In this document: positions 17,964-26,646 of the stretch, piece by piece
Layout: each line of letters begins with the position of its first letter
Position numbering within the stretch: position 1 is the stretch's first letter
IMG/VR virus record: IMGVR_UViG_3300005758_001162
Location: 1 to 32,123 of that record
Reading direction: 5' to 3' (one strand)
DNA length: 32,123 bases
From: a virus
Lineage: Duplodnaviria; Caudoviricetes
Translations under genes and position numbers: made by a program
Notes under the pieces: generated by a model
Databases searched by the model: none
What the model saw: the letters and a program-made list of their open reading frames with translations, nothing else
Told to the model about the DNA's origin: nothing

Positions 17964-18463
17964 TAAGCAGCCTCTTCCTCACGAGCTTCGAGTGCAACCT
18001 CAACCATATCAAACACAGGAGTGTCGCCTAGTGTAGCACCGTGATCGTTTACAAACCAAGTGCCGTTGATGAACAGGTAGTTATACTCCTCACCAAACTC
18101 GTTTACAAAGTCTGCAACGCTAGGGAAGGTGTTAGCTGCAACATCAGTTTCGCCGCGATCACGACCATAAAACGTAGTCCAACCTTCACGCTCTGCGAGC
18201 TCGATGCGAGCTTCCTTAGCAGCACCAACCAACGGATGTTCTCCGCGGTCATCTTCAAACTTACTGAACGGGTGCTTCTCACCAATCTTAGGACCTAGGC
18301 TGCTGATGCTGCCCAGTTCAATGAGACCGCGCACAGCGTTCTCTGTAGCGTAATTCTCAATCAAGAGCTTACCGTTATTCTCCGGATAACCATCCCAATG
18401 ACAGTATACCGCAGTAACCGAACCGTCCGTGTTAAGGACACCAATAGTTGAACGAGTAGCCAT
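17963..18463 (-). CDS. conserved hypothetical phage protein
   Basis: MATRSTIG...YCHWDGYP...Y.RDRGE...EY.YLF pattern, with AAGGA SD. Confidence 0.8.
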   Translation of the reverse strand: MATRSTIGVLNTDGSVTAVYCHWDGYPENNGKLLIENYATENAVRGLIELGSISSLGPKIGEKHPFSKFEDDRGEHPLVGAAKEARIELAEREGWTTFYGRDRGETDVAANTFPSVADFVNEFGEEYNYLFINGTWFVNDHGATLGDTPVFDMVEVALEAREEEAA

Positions 18464-18480
18464 ATTACTTTCCTTCTTTA

Positions 18481-18966
18481 TTAAGCGGCCTGGCAGGCCT
18501 GTTCCAATTCAGTGGTGCTAAGAACACGACCATCTCGCATCGTGTAAGTAGCGGTATAGTTTTCACGGCCGCCGCCAAACAGCATGTCATACTGCTCAGT
18601 CTTAGCGGCAATGTCTTGACGCATGTAACCGTATTCGTCGTTCTTCACAGTCCGACGAGCAACCCAGCGACCCTGTTCCCAGAACAGTTCAAACGGGGTC
18701 TCCCATTCTTCACAGACCACAGCATCGTCATCGAGGATGCTCCAATCCAGAATGTATTCTTCAAAACTGTTATTGCACTCTTCGATCAGCGCGGTGAGAG
18801 TAGGAACGCCCTGTTCCTTAATCTTCATTACCTGTACAGAATTCAGGTTGGGCACCACGTAGGTGTTGCCACCCTTGAACTTCCAATACTGCGGACAAGC
18901 ACCCTTACCGTCCCAATCATGGGCACCGTAGTTCTCGCGGATCTGGGTCTGGATAACAATCTTCAT
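18481..18966 (-). CDS. hypothetical early protein
   Basis: ATG 18966 below GGAG. TQ..ENYGAHDWDG.G.CPQYWK.KGG pattern. Confidence 0.8.
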   Translation of the reverse strand: MKIVIQTQIRENYGAHDWDGKGACPQYWKFKGGNTYVVPNLNSVQVMKIKEQGVPTLTALIEECNNSFEEYILDWSILDDDAVVCEEWETPFELFWEQGRWVARRTVKNDEYGYMRQDIAAKTEQYDMLFGGGRENYTATYTMRDGRVLSTTELEQACQAA

Positions 18967-18972
18967 CGCTAA

Positions 18973-19118
18973 CTCCTTATTTCTCATCCTACATTATTAG
19001 TATAGCACCGACAGGGAAGAAGTCAACCTTTTTTTACCTTTTTCGCAAAAAAAGAACCCCTTGCAAATCAATGACTTACAAGGGGTCATATTTCTAACTA
19101 AATCAACGACTTACGTCG
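18973..19118 (-). repeat. early cassette copy 3
   Basis: Leader 18973-18992 is identical to copy 1. GGTTGACT-N16-TATACT. Hairpin 19056-19086. Motifs at 19065-19078 and 19100-19113. Confidence 0.85.
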
Positions 19119-19125
19119 CTGACTG

Positions 19126-19440
19126 TTAGGCTGCTACTGCATCAACCGCAGGGGCTGTAACAGGTGCCTCGTACTTCGCAAAGTAGCGGACCGGGCACTT
19201 CTGCGGCCACACACGACCCTGTCGGATCTCAACAGTTACGCCGCGCTCCTTCTGAGCATTGACATAAACAGTCATATCCGCATCTTCCTCGAGGTAAGTG
19301 GTCTTACCCTTAACGAAAGAGAACTGGGAGATCTTGTCTGCAATGCCGAGCTCGCTGAGTTCGCGAGTCTTAACTGCGAGCCAAGCATGACCCGGGTCAG
19401 AGTGGATGAACTTCACAACATTAGTCTTGGACTTAGCCAT
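19126..19440 (-). CDS. hypothetical early protein
   Basis: ATG 19440 with GAGGT SD. DPGHAWLAV...IS.FS......YLEED.D pattern. Confidence 0.8.
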   Translation of the reverse strand: MAKSKTNVVKFIHSDPGHAWLAVKTRELSELGIADKISQFSFVKGKTTYLEEDADMTVYVNAQKERGVTVEIRQGRVWPQKCPVRYFAKYEAPVTAPAVDAVAA

Positions 19441-19505
19441 TTTAATTACCTCTATCAAGTTTAACAACACACAACACAACGATGATTTGCATCATCACAA
19501 TATCT

Positions 19506-19535
19506 ATTGTACTATCAATAGATCCTTTGTCAACC
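19506..19535 (-). promoter_or_regulatory. GGTTGACA-N16-TACAAT promoter
   Basis: attgta 19506-19511 and tgtcaacc 19528-19535. The leader has a GATGAT-GCAA-ATCATC hairpin. Confidence 0.7.
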
Positions 19536-19540
19536 GCTTT

Positions 19541-19888
19541 TTAATCTAAACGCGAACCAGCGTAAGCGGTGAAACCATACTTCTTAAATACTGCGGCAGC
19601 AGCCACAGCGCCTGCCTCTAGCGTATCAACGTTCTGGCAGGGGAACTTCGAGGGGTTCCACATCTGGAGCCCGCCGCTGTAGCTCTTAGTAATACCCTGG
19701 GCAGCAAGAGCCTTGCCCAACTTGGTGTTACCCTTAATACCGTAAATCTCTACCCACGCAAAACCGCAGGCATACTGATCCTTACCACCCAACTTCTCCT
19801 GGAAGAACTTGGCAGCAGCAGCCTGAGCTGCGGTTTGAGCTTCAGCAACAATGCTAGGAACCATTTCGGGCAAAATTGCAACAGTCAT
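19541..19888 (-). CDS. conserved hypothetical phage protein
   Basis: CGFAWV...Q.....EA.A.A.A.V....G..AY..SRLD pattern. ATG 19888 below GGAG. Confidence 0.8.
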   Translation of the reverse strand: MTVAILPEMVPSIVAEAQTAAQAAAAKFFQEKLGGKDQYACGFAWVEIYGIKGNTKLGKALAAQGITKSYSGGLQMWNPSKFPCQNVDTLEAGAVAAAAVFKKYGFTAYAGSRLD

Positions 19889-19894
19889 TTCAAA

Positions 19895-20001
19895 CTCCTT
19901 ATTTCTCATCCTACTTATACAGTATACCATCTTTTACCTAAAGGTCAACCGTTTTTTACCTTTATTTTAAGAAAAAGATGTTGTTTAAAAACAACAACTT
20001 A
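19895..20001 (-). repeat. early cassette copy 4
   Basis: Leader 19895-19914 is identical to copies 1 and 3. GGTTGACC-N16-TATACT. Degenerate motif at 19988-20001. Confidence 0.8.
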
Positions 20002-20448
20002 GCTGCCCGTAGTGAGCAACAAAGTGCTACCAACCTGCTTAAACTGCTCAATAAACACATGATGCTCGTCACCGCTGTCGCGAATAGCAGCATCAGCAGC
20101 AACATATAGGGCAGCGTATGTGAGCCCGTTTACGGGCTTTACAATGGGCTTATCGCCCCAATGATCCTTGTAGGTAACAGTAGCGATACCTTCAAACGGA
20201 TGCTGCTCGTTAAGATCGCTTACCTCGTACATACTCCAAATAGTCTGGAGTCCAAGGTCCTGTTTTACACTTGAAAAATGCTGGTTTTTACGCTCAAAAT
20301 CATCGTTCTCTTGAGCATATGCATCCTTGAGCGCACCTCGGATGATTTCAATCTGCTCTTCAACTTCTTTTTTACCATACTGTATCGCCCAGAGAGCATT
20401 ATGAATGGTCTTAAAATCTTCGGCTTTTAGGGTCACATCGCAGTTCAT
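19999..20448 (-). CDS. hypothetical early protein
   Basis: 149-aa ORF ending AAD..IR.SGD.HH.FIE.F. Confidence 0.75.
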   Translation of the reverse strand: MNCDVTLKAEDFKTIHNALWAIQYGKKEVEEQIEIIRGALKDAYAQENDDFERKNQHFSSVKQDLGLQTIWSMYEVSDLNEQHPFEGIATVTYKDHWGDKPIVKPVNGLTYAALYVAADAAIRDSGDEHHVFIEQFKQVGSTLLLTTGS

Positions 20449-20454
20449 TGCTTT

Positions 20455-20562
20455 TTCCTAATTCCTTACTATGTATTAAGTATAGCTTCTTTTTCAGAAC
20501 TGTCAACCAACAAAAAACCCTTGCAAATCAATGACTTACAAGGGTCGCTAAGTTGTTGATTT
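20455..20562 (-). repeat. early cassette copy 5
   Basis: GGTTGACA-N16-TATACT. Leader GTAAGGAATTAGGA is shared with copy 2. Hairpin 20517-20545. Motif at 20525-20538 and an inverted motif at 20549-20562. Confidence 0.8.
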
Positions 20563-20572
20563 TATTAGTGTT

Positions 20573-21004
20573 TTAATTACGCCGCATCTGGCTAATTTCT
20601 TTAGCCTGTTCGGCATCAATTACGGGTACAGCATTGCTCTTGTGCATCGTTGCGATACCCTTAATTAGAGTACCCGTATACTTCTGTGGTTCCTTCTTAG
20701 CAGTTGAATCCGAACTACCAAAGCCTCCCAAACTTGGGTATTGTTCCTTGTGAGAACGAATGCGCTCCATAACAGGGTCAGCAGTCGTTTTCAAAGGTGT
20801 AAACTTCTTTTCTACTTTTACACGACCATGCAGATTATCTACATATTCTTCAAACGACATTTTAGGTAGACCAAGGCGCTTGTTTAGTTTACAGCGTTCG
20901 CGGTAGCCTTCCGTCCAACGGTTCATTTGTGCTTGTGTAACTTTGCCCTTACGCTTACGATAATTGGTAGTAGTAAGATAAGGACCTACAAGATGCATAC
21001 TCAT
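20573..21004 (-). CDS. conserved T4-like phage hypothetical protein
   Basis: YTGTLIKGIATMHKSNAVPV....A.EIS.MRR C-terminus. Confidence 0.8.
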   Translation of the reverse strand: MSMHLVGPYLTTTNYRKRKGKVTQAQMNRWTEGYRERCKLNKRLGLPKMSFEEYVDNLHGRVKVEKKFTPLKTTADPVMERIRSHKEQYPSLGGFGSSDSTAKKEPQKYTGTLIKGIATMHKSNAVPVIDAEQAKEISQMRRN

Positions 21005-21007
21005 CGG

Positions 21008-21265
21008 TTAATCCTTGAGTCCAAGTTTACGAAACGCTGTGTCAGTTTGTGAACGCTTCATATCGCGGTATGACTCGTAAGCACCGCCAACGGTCCAGCA
21101 CACTAACATAAGACTAGCTAATATCAATCCGTTGCCTACAAGTTCTTTATTTAGGATTTGCTGATCAATTAGGAAGTCTAAAAAGAAATAAGCAGCAAGG
21201 ATAGGTGTAGTAAGTGCCACGCCGATAGCAATACGTTTTAGTTCTTTACGATATTCAATGGACAT
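21008..21265 (-). CDS. two-TM membrane protein
   Basis: Two hydrophobic segments. Confidence 0.65.
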   Translation of the reverse strand: MSIEYRKELKRIAIGVALTTPILAAYFFLDFLIDQQILNKELVGNGLILASLMLVCWTVGGAYESYRDMKRSQTDTAFRKLGLKD

Positions 21266-21470
21266 TTTTCAAACCCCATTTAATTTTTAACCAAACACGC
21301 TCATGAACATAGTAGTCGATACTGAGTAAAATATGTAATGCTGTAGCGAATCCTGTAGCACTACCTAAATCACCAGTAAACATGTATGTCCAAATAATAG
21401 TGAACAACCATGCAGTAATACGATAGCTGATCATTCGTACTATAGTACGAGTATGTGTTTCTGTCAACAT
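21255..21470 (-). CDS. DUF2061-like membrane protein
   Basis: E...RT....ISYRI.A ... YYVHERVW..IKWG. Confidence 0.7.
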   Translation of the reverse strand: MLTETHTRTIVRMISYRITAWLFTIIWTYMFTGDLGSATGFATALHILLSIDYYVHERVWLKIKWGLKNVH

Positions 21471-21725
21471 TTAATTATGTCCTTGTCCTAAAAGTATATC
21501 TTCTAAATTTTTTGTACCAAACGGATTCTTCTCATCACCAAAGCGACTGCTACCTTCCTCTACAGTAATTTCCATATCCCATTTACAAGGATAATGTCTA
21601 AGCAAGGCCCGGGCTCGCTGTCTAATTTCTTTTGGTACTCTTGGTGTCTTTTTAGGATCCAGCAAGTCAAATAAAAAGTCGTAAGTGCTGTTAACTGCTC
21701 GTGTTCGTTCGCAAGGAATAGTCAT
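21471..21725 (-). CDS. conserved hypothetical protein (BPSL0761-like)
   Basis: MT.P.ERTRAV...TPRVP..IR..A..LLRHYP. Confidence 0.65.
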   Translation of the reverse strand: MTIPCERTRAVNSTYDFLFDLLDPKKTPRVPKEIRQRARALLRHYPCKWDMEITVEEGSSRFGDEKNPFGTKNLEDILLGQGHN

Positions 21726-21727
21726 TT

Positions 21728-22150
21728 TTAACCTTTGTAGCGTTCTGCGATATATTGGTCGTGCCGTTTCCAGATACCTTTATCAATAAATCCCCATTCT
21801 CGCACAGTTGGACCTGGGATGAATAAAGTCCAAGTATCGAGACCCGGTTCCAACTCTACGCGATGCAGGGATTTTGAACCTGCCCAATTAATCGTACCGG
21901 CACCTCGCCAGAACTTGCCCTTAGGAGTATGCTCCCAGTAGCCGCCCTTGAGGATGATAGTAATGAACGGCCAAGGATGATCATGTAGATCATCAGGATC
22001 GCTCTTATGAAAGTTATGCAAAAAGATATTGAAAGGAAACCACTTGCGGTCTTTCAAAAACAGATAGTAACGTGTCAGGTAAGGCTCTTGGCTTTCTCTG
22101 TCGAGAATCACACGCTTACGGCCAAGTCGCTCTAGAAGTTTTAGAAGCAT
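21728..22150 (-). CDS. cupin-fold protein
   Basis: LH.F..SD...LHDHPW...T.IL.GGY.E ... HRVEL ... WTL...GP..REWGF. The start is probably ATG 22150 (leaderless). Confidence 0.75.
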   Translation of the reverse strand: MLLKLLERLGRKRVILDRESQEPYLTRYYLFLKDRKWFPFNIFLHNFHKSDPDDLHDHPWPFITIILKGGYWEHTPKGKFWRGAGTINWAGSKSLHRVELEPGLDTWTLFIPGPTVREWGFIDKGIWKRHDQYIAERYKG

Positions 22151-22156
22151 GTACAC

Positions 22157-22185
22157 ATTATACTGCCTTTAAAGAAGTCTGTCAA
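22157..22185 (-). promoter_or_regulatory. TTGACA-N17-TATAAT promoter
   Basis: Exact consensus, with the -10 box 6 nt from ATG 22150. Confidence 0.75.
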
Positions 22186-22188
22186 GCC

Positions 22189-22482
22189 CTAAGAATTAAA
22201 AATTAGTCTCACTAATGCAAAAACATCAATGACGGTTAGCATTATGTAATTTGCTAGCATACCTGTGCTTCCCCGAGTATATGCACAATAAGCAAATACC
22301 GCACAGTGAGCTATAAACATTGGATATAAAATTAGAAAAGGAGGATTAGGTAAAGTAAATGCCATAATGATACTGCACCCAATACTGTTTACCCAGGCTG
22401 TAATTTCGAGTACAGTTCGGATTTTATTCTCTGCCCAATCCTCTCGAATGTATTCAACAACTGATGTTACAAGTGCTTTCAT
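22189..22482 (-). CDS. membrane protein
   Basis: Three hydrophobic segments. Confidence 0.7.
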   Translation of the reverse strand: MKALVTSVVEYIREDWAENKIRTVLEITAWVNSIGCSIIMAFTLPNPPFLILYPMFIAHCAVFAYCAYTRGSTGMLANYIMLTVIDVFALVRLIFNS

Positions 22483-22697
22483 TAACTAACAGGAAAGTAT
22501 TTGTTCAATGCCTCTAATTTATCTTCGTACTCAGCAATATGAGCAAGCTCTAATTCAATAGCTGTCATGATATCTGTGTGGTCATGGATAGCAATTGGGT
22601 TGCTTAGGATAACTTCAATGTTCATCTTATGCTTTTGAATGTGTGATTCGAAGTGAGCGGCGCTGGCTCTGATCAGATTTTTTCTAAGTAGTTCCAT
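22482..22697 (-). CDS. conserved phage hypothetical protein
   Basis: KH..N.EV.L.NP......D...AIE.EL..IAEY.D.LE.L..YF pattern. Confidence 0.75.
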   Translation of the reverse strand: MELLRKNLIRASAAHFESHIQKHKMNIEVILSNPIAIHDHTDIMTAIELELAHIAEYEDKLEALNKYFPVS

Positions 22698-23466
22698 AAT
22701 ATTCTAGCCTTTCAATGTCTTGTTCGTTAGTTTCGGTGCCATATTGTATTTCAATAATGACTAGGTCTTCATTGCTTTCATTGTATAACTGATGCCAGTC
22801 GCCCTGTCGTACAACAAATATATCGTTTTTAAAAATGTCTATGAGCGCATAATTTTTTAATGGCTCTGGATCTGTTGAACGTTTTACTACGCCCTTACCG
22901 GATCGCACAAACCAAACTTCACTGCGCTTAAAGTGTCGTTGATAACTAATGCCTTGCCCGGGCTTAACAACTAGTTCTTTTACCTTACAGCCAGTTGTGG
23001 TGTACAAATCTGCAAATTTGCCCCATACTCGCTCTTCAGTATAATTAGCTAGTGCATCACGCAGGATCCAACTACTGCTATTAGATTTATGCTGGCCACC
23101 AACGCCAAACTTAAAATCAACTCCAGTGACTGTCATTTCAGGAATATTTTCTTTAGTTCGATCACCGCCATTGCAAAATGTAATTTTATGATTAGGAAAA
23201 TATTTTTTTACTTTTTCTAAACCGTCTATGGCTGTATTATCGCTGTCATCAAAATCAATGACAAGAAAAACATTCTTAAAATTTTCTAAAATATTTTTTC
23301 GTTCGGCATAGGGCATGAATGGCTTGCCTTTTTTACGAGTGAGCCATTCGTCGCTGTTTAATAAAACAACTACTTGCCCTAGCTGAGCAGCGTCGTTGAT
23401 CATAGCAATATGACCGCTGTGGACAGGATCAAATCCGCCACTCACTACTGCAATTTTCTGAGACAT
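22684..23466 (-). CDS. cytidylyltransferase fused to mannose-6-phosphate-isomerase-type cupin
   Basis: SGGFDPVHSGH, NSD.WL.RKKG, NGGDR and K.NSSS, then R.WG, KEL.V.PG...S.Q.H..RSE.W, W.H.L.N and IEIQ.G...E.DIER. Confidence 0.85.
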   Translation of the reverse strand: MSQKIAVVSGGFDPVHSGHIAMINDAAQLGQVVVLLNSDEWLTRKKGKPFMPYAERKNILENFKNVFLVIDFDDSDNTAIDGLEKVKKYFPNHKITFCNGGDRTKENIPEMTVTGVDFKFGVGGQHKSNSSSWILRDALANYTEERVWGKFADLYTTTGCKVKELVVKPGQGISYQRHFKRSEVWFVRSGKGVVKRSTDPEPLKNYALIDIFKNDIFVVRQGDWHQLYNESNEDLVIIEIQYGTETNEQDIERLEYYGTT

Positions 23467-23467
23467 T

Positions 23468-23854
23468 TTACTGTTTGTTGCGTGAGCGTATTAGGTTAGT
23501 AAGCATTGTTTCTCTGTCGAGAACCTTACGGCGCTTGCGCTTACTTTTCATATACTTTAGATCGCCGGATTGGCTGTCTTGCCAGACTCCAGCTATTCTC
23601 ATTTTACTAACTTCTTTCTGCCAACGCTTTTTAGCAGCTTCTTTTTGACGCTTACGCTTAATACCTGGTTTTTCGTAAAACTCGTGTTTAGCTAAATCTT
23701 TTTGGAAATCATTACGTTCGAGAATCTTTTTCATTTTTCTCAACGCATAGTTAACATCATTGTTTCTTACTTCTACCCTAGAACCAGTGAAATGTTTTTC
23801 ATTCTCGTTGCTTGTACCACGATCAAAATTACGATTTTCAGTCCACTTCTTCAT
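23468..23854 (-). CDS. rpsU: ribosomal protein bS21 with N- and C-terminal extensions
   Basis: VEVRNN.V..ALR..KK.......... .HEFYEKP..KRKR.K.AA.KR core. Confidence 0.85.
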   Translation of the reverse strand: MKKWTENRNFDRGTSNENEKHFTGSRVEVRNNDVNYALRKMKKILERNDFQKDLAKHEFYEKPGIKRKRQKEAAKKRWQKEVSKMRIAGVWQDSQSGDLKYMKSKRKRRKVLDRETMLTNLIRSRNKQ

Positions 23855-25115
23855 TTATGCCTCTGTATGTTTTATACTCTGTATCAAGTTCAGTTCTACC
23901 ATCTTCGTATTTTAAAATTGGTGCTTGACTGCTTGACACTGGATACTTATCAAGTATTATTTCAACTACTCCCTGTTTTTTGAGTTCAGGGGCTCTATAC
24001 ATAATATTGATTAAAGTTTCTTCTACTACGCCCTTTAATGCACGAGCACCAAGTTTTCGTTTTATAGCAAGACCAGCTGCTGATTTTATAAAGTCATCAC
24101 CAAACGATAGTTTAATATTATCTATTTCTAGCAGCTTTTGATTCTGCTTCAATACGCTGTTTTTAACCGAAGTCATCACATAAACCAATTGGTCTTCTGT
24201 TAGTTTATCTAATGGTGCAATAATAGGTAATCGACCTAATATTTCAGGAATCAACCCATAGTCTATTAGATCCTCAGCTGAAACTGATCTTAGTAGATTT
24301 TGCTTCTCTGAATCAGTAATTACTTTAGCACCAAAACCAATTGTACTAGACTTGCGTAATCTACGCTCAATGTTTTTCTCAATACCAACAAATGCTCCGC
24401 CAACAATAAACAACACATTAGTGGTGTCGAAGTCTATATAGTCATCGGCATATTTTTTACCGGTTGATATTTTTACTTTGGTAGTAGTGCCTTCGATCAA
24501 TCTTAGTAGAGCTTGCTGCACACCTTCGCCGCTGACATCACGAGTAGCAACGTTACTTTCGCTACGTCTTGCTTTTTTGTCAATTTCGTCAATATATACT
24601 ATACCTTTTTGTGCAAGGTCAATATCAAAATCTGCAATGGTTAGTAGTCTTTCTAATACGCTTTCAACATCTTCACCTACATAACCAGCTTCGGTTAAGG
24701 TAGTTGCATCAGCAATTGCAAACGGAACATTTAACTTTTTAGCTAAAGTTTTAGCAAATAATGTTTTACCAGTACCCGTAGGACCTAATAAAAGCACGTT
24801 GGTTTTTTCAAGCTCAATAGTCTCGTCGTTAGATAATACACGCTTGTAATGATTATATGCACTAACGCTTAATAGCTCTTTGGCACTTTCGTGACCAACT
24901 ATATATTCGTCTAAATGTTCTTTGATTTCTTTTGGGCTAGGTAGTGTTCCAAAATTAGATTCTTCTTCAGGCTTATCTATTTTTTGAACAATATTATAAC
25001 TTAGCACAATGCATTCATTGCAGATATAAACATTAGGACCTGCGATAAGTTTTTCAACGCTGTCTCTGCTCTTACCGCAAAAACTGCAATTTAGCATTTT
25101 GTTGGTTTCTGGCAT
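23838..25115 (-). CDS. clpX: ATP-dependent Clp protease ATP-binding subunit ClpX
   Basis: CSFCG..LIAGP.VYIC.EC zinc domain, [46 protein letters not shown] loop and GARAL. Confidence 0.97.
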   Translation of the reverse strand: MPETNKMLNCSFCGKSRDSVEKLIAGPNVYICNECIVLSYNIVQKIDKPEEESNFGTLPSPKEIKEHLDEYIVGHESAKELLSVSAYNHYKRVLSNDETIELEKTNVLLLGPTGTGKTLFAKTLAKKLNVPFAIADATTLTEAGYVGEDVESVLERLLTIADFDIDLAQKGIVYIDEIDKKARRSESNVATRDVSGEGVQQALLRLIEGTTTKVKISTGKKYADDYIDFDTTNVLFIVGGAFVGIEKNIERRLRKSSTIGFGAKVITDSEKQNLLRSVSAEDLIDYGLIPEILGRLPIIAPLDKLTEDQLVYVMTSVKNSVLKQNQKLLEIDNIKLSFGDDFIKSAAGLAIKRKLGARALKGVVEETLINIMYRAPELKKQGVVEIILDKYPVSSSQAPILKYEDGRTELDTEYKTYRGINEEVD

Positions 25116-26586
25116 TATTTCTTACCTATATATCGTTTGTCTGTTGTGTTTGAAGGATCTTGTTTTGGTAAAGGCACCGCCCAGAAACCAACTTTTTTCC
25201 TTACTTCTTCTTCTGAACTTTTTTGTAAAATTTCAAATATCTGATCTACTGTAAGGTCCTCTTTGTTAAATTCGCTTTGTGCTAACAATTTTGCTGCATG
25301 TTTTAAATCACCAGTAGCAGCCTTTTCAATTTCTACCGGAACTTCTACCGGCACTTCAACTATTTTTTCAACTACCTCTGGCTGTTTATTTACTATCTGT
25401 TCCAGCTCAATGATACGTTTTTTTAGTTTTTTATTATCATCTGATAGATTATTAATTCGATCTAAGTTTTCTACTTCAACTATTTTTTCAACAGGAACCT
25501 CTACTTGGATGATTCGTTCTGGTCCGGAGACTTCTTTAACAATTTCGATAGGCTTTTCAACTTCAACAATGCGTTCAGGACCGGGGACTTCGACCAGTCT
25601 GTCAACGTATTCCACGACGGTTGTAGGCTTTTCAGCGAGTAATTTTTCCAGTTCAAGTATCTTTTTTTTTGGTCTGTTTCGTCAAAGTCCAAAGGCATTT
25701 GCTGTTGTTCTTGACTCTGCTCGTTGGCCGATTTGCTAACAATATTTTTTGGTTTAGGCTCTAATGCCGGTTCTGGCTTTTCTAAGTAGATGCCGCGGCG
25801 TGCCAATGATTGGTTCGCAGCAATCAATAGTGCAACAGCCAACGGATCAAATACAGCTACTAGCAAAATAATCATCCAACGAACAGCACGTTCTAATAAA
25901 TTAGCATCTGGATTATCACCGTAGATTAATGCAGCAACATATTTAATTGGACCAACTTCTGCTTCTACTTTGCGTAGTTCACTAGCAATAGGTGCTTTTT
26001 CTTCTCGCAATTTTGCGATTTCACCATTTGACTTTTCAATCTCTCGTTGTGCTTTATTGATTTCATCTTGTAACACACGGCGCTCGCCTGCTTGTTGACG
26101 GCGAATTTGCACAGAACGTTCTGCACTTGCTTCGGTGGTACCTCGGTCTAATCTAGCACTAACTTGAGCATCCATTTGGCTAAGTGTGGTTCTAGCAGAA
26201 GCAATATTCTCTCGCTGTGATTTTATATTTTCTTCTTGTATTAAAATGCGCTCGTCAATCAATTGTACCTGAGCAGCAACATCACCGGTAGGTACAGCCT
26301 TGTCTAAGTGAGCTTTACTTAGGTATCCAAAGATTCCCAATGATGTAATAATCATCAGAACAAACACAGCAACAGTTAGATACGTTTTTAAAAAGTATCC
26401 AGTTTGTTTCCAGTTACGATAAAGCCAGCTAGCTGTAACAAGTTTAGCTACCTCTAAGCTACCCGCCATAACGGCCACTGCCAGTGCAGCGCCACTAAAA
26501 ATCGCCATCAAACCTGCGATACTAAAATACGCAGCGATTGCCGCAATCATTAATGAAGTAAGTAGTGCTAAGATTCCAATTCCCAT
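25115..26586 (-). CDS. membrane-anchored coiled-coil protein with VEVP/EKIV repeats, split by a -1 shift at an A9 run (25662-25670)
   Basis: N-terminal TM helices, a coiled coil and a further TM. The -1 frame after the A9 run reads KKKILELEKLLAEKPTTVVEYVDRLVEVP... in frame with ORF 25115..25615. Confidence 0.7.
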
Positions 26587-26646
26587 ATTATTATTTATCT
26601 ACTTAAAACTATAATAAACTATCTTATTATCACATAAATATCTAGT

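Noticed and set aside
10376-19930. Shared N-terminal peptide MRNKE in three ORFs as a protein motif
   Set aside because: It is just the translation of the repeated leader/SD. The true starts are downstream of GGAG.
13357-20562. Repeats as a CRISPR array or IS ends
   Set aside because: The copies are hundreds to thousands of bp apart and separated by whole genes, with no regular spacers, cas gene or transposase.
25263-25739. 158-aa plus-strand ORF with TGTSTGTST repeats
   Set aside because: It is the antisense shadow of the VEVP repeats of the minus-strand gene.
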